Positions 16,286 to 28,974 of a stretch of 64,000 nucleotides of DNA are shown piece by piece. The stretch covers positions 322,028,001-322,092,000 of the forward strand of contig OZ024742.1 in the NCBI GenBank assembly GCA_964016885.1, given 5' to 3'. Position 1 is the first letter of the stretch. The number at the start of each line of letters is the position of its first letter. Source of the stretch: Eledone cirrhosa (lineage: Eukaryota). The notes below the pieces were generated by a model, which was given only the letters and a program-made list of their open reading frames with translations, did not search any database and was not told the DNA's origin. Both the position numbers and the translations under genes were made by a program.

Positions 16286-16326
<41 letters not shown>

Positions 16327-16380
16327 TAAAAAAATAATGAATAAAACAATGAAACAGTTCCTTATATTAAACAAAAAAAG

Positions 16381-16534
16381 TTCATTATTTAACGATCGTT
16401 TCTAGGATATATATGTGTTAGAATTGGCATGCATATTCAACAGATCTATGTACAAAATTATACAAAATTATACAAACTATCAAAATTAAATATACATACC
16501 AACACATATATATGCCGTCTTCAGAAATAATGAA
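16381..16534 (-). ncRNA. Hammerhead ribozyme (family U) with a stem II insert of over 100 nt
   Basis: TTCATTATTT-CTGAAGA-[hairpin ATATATATGTGTTGG...CTAACACATATATAT]-GAA-ACGATCGT-T-AAATAATGAA; 10-bp stem I. Confidence 0.75.
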
Positions 16535-16580
16535 ATATATTTATTGATAATAACTACCGTAAACTCTTGGTAGATTTATC

Positions 16581-16686
<106 letters not shown>

Positions 16687-16929
16687 CTTTTCTGATCCTA
16701 TCTACCGGTCGCAACTCCTACGTATATATATATATATGAGTTTGTATATGTATATATATATATATATTTAAAATTATAAATGTAAGCTATCACCGTATTT
16801 TGACTAAAGAAATTATGGAAAATTATTTAGCCTGCTAGTGAGGTTAAGAACCCTCGGAGAAATGGAAAAAGATGAGTATTGACATATATATATATATATA
16901 TACATATATACACACACACACACACATAT

Positions 16930-16976
<47 letters not shown>

Positions 16977-16986
16977 TATGTATGTG

Positions 16987-17028
<42 letters not shown>

Positions 17029-17068
17029 TGTGTGTGTGTGTGTATACAGACATATATATTTATATATG

Positions 17069-17099
<31 letters not shown>

Positions 17100-17291
17100 T
17101 ATACTTGGGGAGGGTCATATTGTTATAATAATATTGACAGAAATAATAACAGAACACACTCACTGTTTGGTTGGTTTTCGCTTCTGTATCTTTAATATCT
17201 CCATAGTTAATTCATTCGGCCATCAATGTTTATCATTGATTGACCAACGGTAAAAATACAGATATAAATACATATATATATATATATATAT

Positions 17292-17450
17292 AGGAAAATG
17301 TATGACCCCGACGGTAGAGCTCAAGCTGGACTAGTCGAAACAGCTTGAGCTCTGACGTCGGGGTCTTTTCCTATTACCCACTCTACTACCCTGAGTATTG
17401 AATACTCTGGTGTATTATGGTCCATCTGGCTCCTTACCACAACTCCTTCG

Positions 17451-17452
<2 letters not shown>
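17292..17452. mobile_element. PLTR family E fragment with fold-back
   Basis: gaccccgacggtagagctcaagc...gaaacagcttgagctctgacgtcgggg and the same 3' end as 2520-2598. Confidence 0.75.
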
Positions 17453-17525
<73 letters not shown>

Positions 17526-17682
17526 TATGTATGTAAGCATAAAGGAATTCACCGAAGATGCTTTGCTGGAAGGGAACCCGAGTACATTTATCTGAGGTGG
17601 ACCAATTCAATAATACACGAAATCAATTCGTTGTTTCAGAGTGTAAGTACGTATGTACGTAAAATACCCCCACCCCCACCCC

Positions 17683-17726
<44 letters not shown>

Positions 17727-17954
17727 TTAAAACGGTAGGAGCTCAGCCGTCGGGCTCCGAATCTTTCATATTACCATGTATCTACTACCCCAAGAATCGA
17801 GTACTCTGGTGAGTAATGGTCTACGGCATCTATTTCTACGGCATCCAGTCTGATTTGTATATATATGTATACACACACACGCACACACACATATATATAT
17901 ATATGTATATATACACACACACATATATATATATATGTATACACACACACACAC

Positions 17955-17985
<31 letters not shown>

Positions 17986-18042
17986 CATATATATATACAT
18001 ATATATATACACATATATATATACATATATATATATATATAC

Positions 18043-18182
<140 letters not shown>

Positions 18183-18276
18183 TTATTAAAATAACAGATT
18201 AATGTTTAAGCAAAGAATCGCTGCTTTCACGCTTAACGGGATAAATATATGTGTATGTACACACATATACACACAT

Positions 18277-18352
<76 letters not shown>

Positions 18353-18380
18353 ATGAGTGAGAGAAAGAGCAAGAGAGAGG

Positions 18381-18432
<52 letters not shown>

Positions 18433-18649
18433 GAGACAGATATCTCTCGTTGCTTTCCCTACTCTTATTTTCCTTGTCTCAATCCCCAGCCCAGTCTCAT
18501 TTCTCTAATGACTCAATGAAGCGACCATCTTGTGTAAAGTATGCCTGATATACTTTTTCTTTGTCACGAGTTTTAAAGAAGGCACGGCTCAGCTAGTTTT
18601 GAACCAAAAAAATAACATACATCACACACACGCGCACACTGATATATGC

Positions 18650-18750
<101 letters not shown>

Positions 18751-18772
18751 TATATGTTGATGTGTGTGTATG

Positions 18773-18812
<40 letters not shown>

Positions 18813-19104
18813 TATACATTCATTCATACATACATACACATATATATGTGTGTGTGTTTGTGTCTGCATGTATAAGTGTATGAGTTTGTGTGTGTATATA
18901 TATATGTGTGTGTGTGTGTCATTTAAACGCAAATCTTTGTCAACGCCACAAGCCCATCTCGCATTCTTTTGCGCAAAAACAAAAAATGTCTGGAATAGCA
19001 ACAACAACAATAAATTATTAAATGATGGACAGTTTTTTTATTTAAAAACCAACCGATTTAGAAAGCAAACACAACACGAAACCACCACAAACCTGCAACA
19101 ACAG

Positions 19105-19370
19105 AACAATAACAACAATAACAACAACAATAACAACAATAACAACAATATCAACAACTATAACAACAACAATATCAACAATAACAATAATAACAACAAT
19201 ATCAACAACGATAACAACAACAACAACAACAAGAACTATAACAACAATAACAACAACAACAACAACAATAACAACAACAATAACAACAGTATCAACAACT
19301 ATAACAACAACAATATCAACAACAATATCAACAACAATAACAACAACAATAACAATAACATAACAACACG
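19105..19370. repeat. (AAC/AAT)n compound microsatellite
   Basis: Direct inspection. Confidence 0.95.
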
Positions 19371-19486
19371 ATAAATAATCACGCATGAAAAACAACGCCT
19401 CAAATATTTGAGAAGTTCTTGCTATTGTAGTTGTTGTTGTTACTCTTGTTGTTGTTTCTGTTGGTGATGTTGTTGTTGTTGTTGCT

Positions 19487-19517
<31 letters not shown>

Positions 19518-19785
19518 GAAAGTTTCTCTCCGAGGCACAAGTCCGGGCCAGGTTGTTTGAGGAAAACCAGCAGTCACCCAAGCATACCAGCCTCCCCTAT
19601 CCACGCCAGTGATGATGTCCAAGGAAAAAAAAGTATGGCCGCTACAGCTTGTCAACTCATTTCTACAGCTGAGTAAACTGGAGCAACGTGAAATAAAATC
19701 TTTTGCTCAAGAACACAACGCATCACTTTTCGATTGCAAGCCCAATGCTCTAACTACTAAGCCCTGCGCCTTCACACACACGCAT

Positions 19786-19852
<67 letters not shown>

Positions 19853-19956
19853 CACACACATATATATATATATAAGTTATTCCGGGTTCAATCGGGGGTA
19901 ACTACAGTAAGTAAGGTACTCAATACATAGCAGAGTATAAATGTTTAATATAGAAA

Positions 19957-20007
19957 AGCTTCTACAAGACTAGAACTGTTTCATTCGTGAGAAATCATCG
20001 GGAAGCT
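19957..20007 (-). ncRNA. Hammerhead ribozyme (family A)
   Basis: AGCTTC-CCGATGA-tTTC tcac GAAt-GAA-ACAG ttctagtc TTGT-A-GAAGCT. Confidence 0.75.
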
Positions 20008-20012
20008 GACCC

Positions 20013-20068
<56 letters not shown>

Positions 20069-20196
20069 GTGAGGTTTTTTTTACAAAATGAAAAATAACC
20101 GGTGTCCTACACGAGTGGAAGTATAAAGAAAAAGGGATGAAATCGAAAATGCAACTGAAGTCTTATTTTTTTTAAAATATATATATTTATTTGGTT

Positions 20197-20234
20197 CCTT
20201 TACCGGTTTCGCAGTTCTTCTGCTTTTCAAAAGG
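20197..20234 (-). ncRNA. Minimal hammerhead ribozyme (family B) with U3-A8 core; identical copy at 24912-24949 (+)
   Basis: CCTT-TTGAAAA-GCAG aagaa CTGC-GAA-ACCGGT-A-AAGG. Confidence 0.8.
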
Positions 20235-21244
20235 TGAGTTGAGATGGAGGGTCTGTGGTTTTCTCACATCTGGTTGGTCTCTAAATGTTACTTGTTTTAT
20301 ATGGAAAAACTGGCTCGAAAACCAGGTTTTTCGAGAAGTAATTTGATTGGTTTGTCAATAATTATAATAAATTTCGCGCCAGTTCGCGTTACAATAGTTC
20401 TTCAAATAAGAGAGGGAGGGGGGTTGTCACAGGTTGTTTTTTCATATATGAGTGTTTGAATTTCTTTTTACTTGAAAAAATGAGGCTCACGAAGGCTTTT
20501 TTTTGGTTGGTTATAAATGAAATTTGGCTGTCACGTGAACAAGTTTTCATTACATTTTTGCGCCCTTATTTGGAAAACTATTCTGTAGTCTATAGTGAAT
20601 GTTATGACAATGGAGAGATAGTGGTCAAGGGAAAAGGGATTGGGAGAAATGTTCTGGTTCAGTGAATATGGCCAGCTGTCAGAGTTCAGGTGTCAGAGTT
20701 CAGATTTTCTATTGAGACTGAAGATATGTGTTTATTTGTGTGCTTGTGTGTGTGTGTGTGTGTATGTGTGTATTGGAAGATGATTCTATTAGTAGAGATG
20801 GGGGAGGGAGTTGTGTGTGTGTGTATATGGGTGTTATGTGTGTGTGTGCGAGTATGTTAGATAGAGAGAATATATATTTTTTGTGTGTGTGTATATATAT
20901 ATGTGTGTAGGAAAGTGGTTCTATTAGTAGAAATGGGGAGGGTGTTGTAGGTGTGGGGGTTTTTATGTGTGTGTATGGGTGTTATGTGTGTGGGAGTATG
21001 GTTAGCATGTTAAGATGAAGAGAATATATATATATATTGTGTGTGTGTATGTGTGTGTGTAGGAAAATGATTCCTTTAGTAGGAATATTTTTGAATGAAC
21101 ATATTTTCCTGACTTTTTCGTGTTTGCTGTTGTATTGCCAGTGCAAACGTATGTTTAAGGTTTATTTAGTTCGGGTTTTTATTTTCTAAAGTAGGTGTTA
21201 TGTGTGTGTGTGTATGTCATATTGTGGTGTTGACATAATGTATA

Positions 21245-22022
21245 TTAAACCTTATTTAATGTTGGTCTATATTTTTGAATAAACATATTTTCCTTATTTA
21301 TTCGCATTTGTTCTGTTGTATTGTTAGCGCAAAGGTAAAATGGGAAGACTTGGAATTTGGGTGTCTTATTACTTGTGCAAATGTCTAGATGTGCACTTAG
21401 TGGTATTTGTCTCGTGGTTGGATCTCGTAATTGTTGGCGATGAACTGTCATTCTGTTTCTGAGTGTGAGTTTAGTTTGTCCTATATAATCTTCATTGCAT
21501 CCTTTACATTTAATGGCATAAATTAGATTTTTTGATGAGCAAGTGAAGTGATTTTTTACAGTAAAATTTTGTCCTGATTTAAATGTATACGTGTTGCCTT
21601 CAATGAGGTGAGTGCAGGTTCCACAATTAGAGCGACCACATTTTTTGATACTTGGTTGTGGGTTTGTGGTAGGTAATTTGGCATTGGTGAGTAATGTTTT
21701 CAGTGATTTTGGTTGTCTTTTGCTTTTGATTATTTTGTGTGTTTCAAGGGCTTTTTTCATTCTTGGGTTTTGTTTTAGTAGTGGGATGTTATTATGAATA
21801 GTGTTGTAAGCTTCCGCATTTCTTGGGTTGTGTGTTGAGATATATGATAGAATATTGGACGTACCTTGAATTTGTTTCTGTTTCCGTAATTCATCAATGC
21901 CTATTGCTTTAGCCCTTTCTATTCCATTATTTATTAGTAATAGTGGGTACTCTCTCTCAAGTAGAATTTCCTTTAATTCTTGAAGTCTTTTATTTCGCGT
22001 TTCATAATTGGAGACAATTGTA
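21245..22022 (-). pseudogene. PLE RT thumb, Cys-rich linker and GIY-YIG endonuclease (out of frame with the RT core)
   Basis: ATIVSNYETRNKRLQELKEILLEREYP...CGRSNCGTC...FTCSSKNLIYAIKCKGCNEDYIGQT...RMTVHR...ENMFIQKYRPTLN. Confidence 0.88.
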
Positions 22023-23505
22023 GCAGATATTGTTTGGAATCTGTTGGTTTGTAGTGTATGTCAGTTTCGATATTTGTGTCTTTTTTTGTGATTAAGATGT
22101 CCAGAAATGGGAGTTGATCTTGGCTGTATTCCATTGTGAATTGGATGTGGTTATTGATGCCGTTTATTAAGTTTTTGAAATCCTTCAGTTGGTCGAGTGT
22201 GTGGGACCAAAGAATGAGGCAATCATCCAAGTAGCGTTTCCAATTCTCTGATAAATATTTGTGGAAGTTCAATTCGTATTTTGATTTGAACTGTTCATAT
22301 ATCTGGACTTCTAAGTATGCCATGACTAAGTTGGCATAAGTTGGAGCGGCTTTTGTGCCCATCGCAGTCCCCGATATTTGCTTGTAAGTATTGCCATCGA
22401 AATCAAAAAAGTTGTTCTGTAGGATGAATTTTAATCCCTCGGTGATGAAGCTTTTTTCTATTCTGTCAGGTATCTCATTGGGATATTTCTCTAGCCAGAA
22501 TCCTATTGCTTCTAGTCCGTATTGGTGTGGGATCGTTGTGTAGAGATTCACTACATCGAAAGACACAATAATAGTGTCGTTGTTGACATGTTTGGGGAGG
22601 TGGTTTAAGAGGTCCAGATCGTCTCTTACAAGGCTTGGTATGTGTTTCAGTATTGGTTTCAGTAGTATGTCTATAAAGTTGCTCAATCTGTGTGTTTCAC
22701 ATTGTGGGCCCGCTACAATTGGTCTTAATTTAAGGTCTGTGGGGTATTGTGTGTTCACGCAGGCTGAGGTGGATTGTTTACAGGCATCGTTGATTATTTT
22801 ACATTTGTGGATCTTCGGAAGTCCGTAAAGGTTGCTGGTTTTGTATTCAAAATTTGTTAAATAATCGCGTTCCTTTTTAGTTAGGTCTTCCTGGTATCGA
22901 TAAATCAGTGTGTTTAATTTGGTCATTATTTTTGATTGCTGGTAGTTTTTTACTCTTTCATAGTAATTAGCATTTTGTAAGAGAGAGAACATAGAATTTT
23001 TATATTTTTCAGCCTCCATAATGACAACAGTACTTCCCTTGTCCGCTTCCTTAATTACAATGTCCGGATTGTTTTTTAGTTCATGGATAATCTCCCATTC
23101 CCTTCGACTTGTGTTGGGTTTGGGTTTAGGTTGCGGTAGTTCATGGTATGGGAAGGTAGCTATGTGGTCACAAAATTTGTCCAGAACTCTGTTTCTACCT
23201 TTTGTTGGGTTGTAGCTGCTTTTATTCCGTACAATTGATTCGTCGTTATTCTCCTTGTCAAAGAATTCCTCTGTGAGACGTAATTTTCTACAGAAGTGTG
23301 AGATATCGTCATTTATCTCGTTGGGGTTAGGATATTGTGGTGTTGGTGTGAATTTCAGACCTTTGGAGAGAATTTTTACTTGTTGGGCTGAGAGGTTTGT
23401 ATTTGAAATGTTAATTATTTTCGGTTTTTCAAAATCGGTTTGTGCCACCGGGTGTCGTGAGTCCTGTAGCCTTGGTCTAAAAAATGATTTTTCTGGAATG
23501 TTTTT
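21973..23505 (-). CDS. PLE reverse transcriptase
   Basis: LSKGLKF, ADKG, YGLPKIHK, RPIV, SFDVVNLYT, GTAMG, WKRYLDD, FLD, YKPT motifs; frame open from the TGA at 23506-23508; no early ATG. Confidence 0.93.
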   Translation of the reverse strand, partial: KNIPEKSFFRPRLQDSRHPVAQTDFEKPKIINISNTNLSAQQVKILSKGLKFTPTPQYPNPNEINDDISHFCRKLRLTEEFFDKENNDESIVRNKSSYNPTKGRNRVLDKFCDHIATFPYHELPQPKPKPNTSRREWEIIHELKNNPDIVIKEADKGSTVVIMEAEKYKNSMFSLLQNANYYERVKNYQQSKIMTKLNTLIYRYQEDLTKKERDYLTNFEYKTSNLYGLPKIHKCKIINDACKQSTSACVNTQYPTDLKLRPIVAGPQCETHRLSNFIDILLKPILKHIPSLVRDDLDLLNHLPKHVNNDTIIVSFDVVNLYTTIPHQYGLEAIGFWLEKYPNEIPDRIEKSFITEGLKFILQNNFFDFDGNTYKQISGTAMGTKAAPTYANLVMAYLEVQIYEQFKSKYELNFHKYLSENWKRYLDDCLILWSHTLDQLKDFKNLINGINNHIQFTMEYSQDQLPFLDILITKKDTNIETDIHYKPTDSKQYLLQLSPIMKREIKDFKN

Positions 23506-24617
23506 TCATTGGTATTATTATATCTAATGGTATTTCCCCTGTTGTTGTGTGGTCTTGTATAGAAGTTTCGGACGTATTGAGGTTCGGTTTGTTGATAGTC
23601 CGGGTTGTAGATTTGGTTCCTTTGTGTGGGTTGGGATCTATGGTTTTGGAACAGGCTCTGTGTGGGCAGGGGTCTACGGTTTTGGAATAGGTTTTGTGTG
23701 GGTTGTGATCTGCGGATCAGGTCCTGCCTTGTGTTCGGGGATCTTTGGTTTTTGTTAGTAGGGTTATAGTTTTGTCTATGGTTTCTGGGATTATCGTTAT
23801 AGTTTTGCTGGGGGTATGTTGGACGTTTTGTTACTTTTTTTGTTATTTGTTGTGCATGTGGTGTGTGAGTTTTAGTTTGTTTTAAAAATGGGTTACCTGT
23901 ATGTTGTTCATTTTTGAAGTCCATTTCGTAGTTGTTGAACCAGGTGGCGTTTTTTTCCCATCGCTGGAGGGATGTGAGTTCTTCATCCTCACAGTTTTCT
24001 TTCCAAAGTTTTAGGGTTTTTTTGTAGAGTAGGCCTTCAGAGTGCTTTGAGATTTCTGTGTCCATCTGTTGGTCGAGTGACTTGAATTTTTCTTCGTTGG
24101 AGTTGGCTCTTAATCGCAACAGTTCTATTTCTGTTTTAAATTTTTCCAATGCCATCTTTTCCCTAAGTCTTTGTTGGTTTTCTGGTTCATTCGGGATGGG
24201 TTTTATTTGGAGTTTTTTGGGGAGGGTGATTGGGGTAGAGTTTAGCCACTTTTCATATATGTCTGCCTTGCCATTATTTTTTAGGAGATTCCAAAGGGCG
24301 AATTTGCGGGCTGTGAGCTTTTGAGTCCATATGTTGATTAGGGTGTTTTTCACTGAGTGGACATCTCGTAGATTGGGTTCTAACGGTTGTTCAAGTTTTT
24401 GGAGCATTGTTGTTTCAATGGTTTCGATTAGCTTAGTTAATACTGGAGTAATATTCGTCTCTTGGGTATTTTCTGTTTCTTCGTGGGGTCCTTTTTTATA
24501 GATGTGTATTTGGTCCACTTTGTTGGTCAAAATTGAGAGTTTAGAGGAAATCTCTTTGAGTTCATTTAAGATGTCCTGGTTCAGTGAGTTGTTGTTTTGT
24601 TGAGACTTTGGTGGCAT
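23415..24617 (-). CDS. 400-aa ORF1 (or N-terminal domain) of the PLE: helical/coiled-coil-like N-terminus, Q/N/R-rich C-terminus
   Basis: ATG 28 nt downstream of the upstream PLTR end; uninterrupted non-microsatellite ORF overlapping the RT frame by ~90 nt. Confidence 0.8.
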   Translation of the reverse strand: MPPKSQQNNNSLNQDILNELKEISSKLSILTNKVDQIHIYKKGPHEETENTQETNITPVLTKLIETIETTMLQKLEQPLEPNLRDVHSVKNTLINIWTQKLTARKFALWNLLKNNGKADIYEKWLNSTPITLPKKLQIKPIPNEPENQQRLREKMALEKFKTEIELLRLRANSNEEKFKSLDQQMDTEISKHSEGLLYKKTLKLWKENCEDEELTSLQRWEKNATWFNNYEMDFKNEQHTGNPFLKQTKTHTPHAQQITKKVTKRPTYPQQNYNDNPRNHRQNYNPTNKNQRSPNTRQDLIRRSQPTQNLFQNRRPLPTQSLFQNHRSQPTQRNQIYNPDYQQTEPQYVRNFYTRPHNNRGNTIRYNNTNEKTFQKNHFLDQGYRTHDTRWHKPILKNRK

Positions 24618-25017
24618 TTTCGGTCTTCGTGTGGTGGGTATATATTAGAAAGTGAGGTTTTTTTTACAAAATGAAAAATAACCGAGGTGTCCTACACGAG
24701 TGGAAGTATAAAGAAAAAGGGATGAAATCGAAAATGCAACTGAAGTCTTATTTTTTTAATAACTGGCGCGAAATTTATTATAATTATTGACAAACCAATC
24801 AAATTACTTCTCGAAAAACCTGGTTTTCGAGCCAGTTTTTCCATATAAAACAAGTAACATTTAGAGACCAACCAGATGTGAGAAAAACCACAGACCCTCC
24901 ATCTCAACTCACCTTTTGAAAAGCAGAAGAACTGCGAAACCGGTAAAGGAAACAAATAAATATATATATTTTTAAAAAAATAAGACTTCAGTTGCATTTT
25001 CGATTTCATCCCTTTTT

Positions 25018-25051
<34 letters not shown>

Positions 25052-25368
25052 GGCTGGTGAGCGACAAAGAAAAGTTTCTAAAGCTCGCCACCTGGTAAGT
25101 CATATAAGAACTTACATCACTGATGTTTATGTCTGAAAACATTTTTCTGGAGATTACATAACAGCTACCATAGAAATGCGAGTGAAATTAATTACGTAAT
25201 AATTCTAACATACTTCCTTTTAATTCATTACTATATATATATATATTATATATGAGGAAGAAAAATTTATTTTTCTTCCTCATAATCGTCTCTTTCTCCC
25301 TGTTTTCATATATATATATATAGTAAAAAATAGAACGGGAACAAAACAGAGAGGCCAGTACGAACAAA

Positions 25369-25424
<56 letters not shown>

Positions 25425-25461
25425 ATATATATATATATACAATATATATAAATTTATATAT

Positions 25462-25497
<36 letters not shown>

Positions 25498-25526
25498 CAC
25501 TCACACACACACATACACACACAACA

Positions 25527-25573
<47 letters not shown>

Positions 25574-25644
25574 ACACACAACACTCACACACACTCACAC
25601 ACACACAACACTCACACACACACACACACACACACAGACAACAC

Positions 25645-25732
<88 letters not shown>

Positions 25733-26084
25733 AATGAAGAATTAGAAATAGAAGCCAGGACTATCCGTCATCAGTGGTCTACTAGCCATCATAGGTATTT
25801 CTTCGCATTACAGACCATATACCTGAAGCTAGGGCGATACAATAACTAAATTAAGTTATTGGGATAAAAAGAGTTGGGTGGAGAAATAGAGAGAGGTAAA
25901 GAAAGAGGAATGGTGAGGCAACGTAAAGAGAGATGACTTGAATGTTTGCCATGGGGTTGACTCCATTAAAGATATGAAAGTGACAAGGAGTGATGTGAAT
26001 CTAGTTGTCTGAATAGGTAAACCACCCAAATAGGCAGGCCACAGCAAGACAAGGAGTCGGAACAAATACCGCAAGGTACCTTAT

Positions 26085-26260
26085 TCGACCATCTAATTAC
26101 ATTAGATCGACAAATGAGAGGAAAAGTTGACATCGGCAAATGAGAGGAAAAGTTGACATCGGCAAATGAGAGGAAAAGTTGACATCGGCAAAGGTCAAAC
26201 TCAGAACGAAATAAATTCTACAAAGCTCTTCGTCCGGCGTTCTAGCACTTCATCCAGTTC
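26085..26260 (-). mobile_element. Degenerate SINE with an internal 26-bp triplication
   Basis: aaatgagaggaaaagttgacatcggc three times (26112-26189), followed by aactcagaac. Confidence 0.65.
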
Positions 26261-26289
26261 GTTACGTCAGTGTGTGTGTGTCTGTGTCT

Positions 26290-26586
26290 GTGTGTGCGTA
26301 CGTTAATGCTTGCGTGTGCGTGCGTTTAATGCTTGTGTGTGCGTGCGTTAATGTTTGTGTGTGCGTACGTTAATGCTTGTGTATGCGTGCATTAATGCTT
26401 GTGTATGCGTCCGTTAATGCGTGTGTGTGTGCGTCCGTTAATGCGTGTGTGTGCGTCCGTTAATGCGTGTGTATGCGTGCATTAATGCTTGTGTATGCGT
26501 CCGTTAATGCGTGTGTGTGCGTACGTTAATGCTTGTGTGTGCGTACGTTAATGCTTGTGTGTGCGTACGTTAATGCTTGTGTGTGC
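26290..26586. repeat. ~22-26 bp minisatellite (tgcgtacgttaatgcttgtgtg)n
   Basis: About 13 imperfect tandem units. Confidence 0.9.
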
Positions 26587-27018
26587 ATGTATCTCTGTGT
26601 GTTCTATTTCTTTGAATGTTTGTGTATGTATTTAATACAGTTAAGGTTTTGTGAAGTTGGTGGCGAGGATCGGGAATGGCAATTCCTGCTGATAAGGTGT
26701 GAGACCTGTCAACTCAGATATTGAGAGTTCGACCACAATTAATGCCATGGAGACAATATACTGACGAACGGACTCACACATGCACATATATGTAGAACAT
26801 TCTAAAATAAATGAATACTAACGTTAAAATTGTTAACTTTCAACACATATGAATAGCAGTCTGTCTACAAGCATGGTTTTATATATATGCGATGAAATAC
26901 CAATGATGGTTGGCAAATCACTGACGAGGGACTAATTTTATAATATGTAACCCATGTGCAATCATGCAGTATTCCTCTTTCTTCTCATGTTTTATATATA
27001 TATATATATATATGTATG

Positions 27019-27105
<87 letters not shown>

Positions 27106-27129
27106 ATATATATACATGATTTTTCGTTT

Positions 27130-27191
<62 letters not shown>

Positions 27192-27312
27192 ATATATACA
27201 TGACTAACTCTTTCCAGATATGCATACTGATTCTAAATATATAGCACATATATAAACGTGCATATGTACACACATACATGTATATATATATATGTGTGTG
27301 TGTGCGTTTGCC

Positions 27313-27385
<73 letters not shown>

Positions 27386-27717
27386 TGTGTGTGTATATGT
27401 ATTTATGTATATATATTTGAGAGTATATATATATATGTGTGTATATTAATGTATTGAAATTAATATATCTGATTAGATTATGTAAGTATAAATAGGCATT
27501 TTGCACATATGTATCTAAAAATATATATGCATATATATATATATGTGTGCGTGTGTGTGTGTGTGTATTTTATACACACGTGTGCAAAATAACTATTTAT
27601 ACTTACATAATCTAATCAGATTTATCTCATATATATATATAAGAATGTACACGTACTAAGAGTGGGAAATAACAGCCGTACTAAGAGTGGGAAATGAAAT
27701 TTCATTTCATTTTTTCC

Positions 27718-27774
<57 letters not shown>

Positions 27775-28117
27775 TATATATATATACATATATGACATGT
27801 CTATGAATATATATATATATATAATTTATATATATATACGTGTGTGTGTGTGTGTGTATTTATATATTTATATATATACACTTCAGATGCTTAACGGTGA
27901 TTCGTCAAAAGTAGGTGACGTCATGTGTTAATAAGGGGGATTATGGGACACGAAACTGCGTGATCTATTTCTTAATCCCCTTTCCAAACATAAACACACT
28001 CACACACGCATACATATACCGATACATAGCAACATAGTACACACCTAGCTACATATCTTTACACTCTGCTGCATAACACACACACACACACACACGCACA
28101 CACACACACACACACAC

Positions 28118-28150
<33 letters not shown>

Positions 28151-28860
28151 TGAAGAGAGGAGATGGAGAAAGTGTGAGTTTTATATAGATGTACATGCAC
28201 ACACAAACACACACATTCACATGCATACATACATACACACAGAGACCAGTACTATTCTTATAAAACCCAGAATACCCAGGATTTTCCCAAGAGGAAAGTA
28301 AGATTACCCCTGGGTATACCAGCATAGTATCACATATATCAGCATGAAATGGTTAACTGTAAATATTTGCCAAACTCCATTCTACAAATTTATATTCTAC
28401 AGAGTAACATGCTTTACATAAGAGATTCTCAAACTCTTTTGAACTACCGCACGCTTCTCAATATTTCTAATATATGTTGGACGATTTTGATTTGAATAAG
28501 ATCCCTTTGGTATGGGTTCCTTTGTTCGGAGCCGGTTTTTTGGACGGGTTGGTAACAAATGTGTTTTGAAGAATTTTGAGATTTGCTAATATTAGTAATT
28601 CAACATACCTGAATGAGACTTCGAGATAAGATCCCGTAGGAAGAGATGACGTGACAGACATTTTTTTTTTTTACATAGTCAAAGAGGGACCACTCGTGTA
28701 AGGATCAGATCTTTAAAAGCTTATAACTTATAGTTCTATAGGTATTCTTAGATAAATTGAAATGATATAAAAATGATGCAATATATGTGAGCGTTTTGTG
28801 GTGAGTGAGTGTATATGTCCTATTATTCATGAGTATGTAATTTCTATAATTTCGTACATA

Positions 28861-28960
28861 CTTTCACCCTTAACGGGATCTTCAGAAGATCCCGTTCAGG
28901 GTGAAAGCAGCGATTCTTTGCTTAAACTTTAATCTGTTTTTATAATAAATATTTGCACTA
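28861..28960. mobile_element. PLTR family C fold-back centred on the HHR core
   Basis: ctttcacccttaacgggatcttc-a-gaagatcccgttcagggtgaaag. Confidence 0.8.
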
Positions 28961-28974
28961 CGGGCTTATATATA

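Larger units (their letters stand above)
20062..25021 (-). mobile_element. Penelope-like retroelement (Neptune-type, tentative), family B, inserted in (TA)n
   Basis: 3' PLTR from 20062; upstream direct PLTR part 24645-24758 followed by an inverted PLTR part 24760-25021; RT and GIY-YIG ORFs with a Cys-rich linker. Confidence 0.92.
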
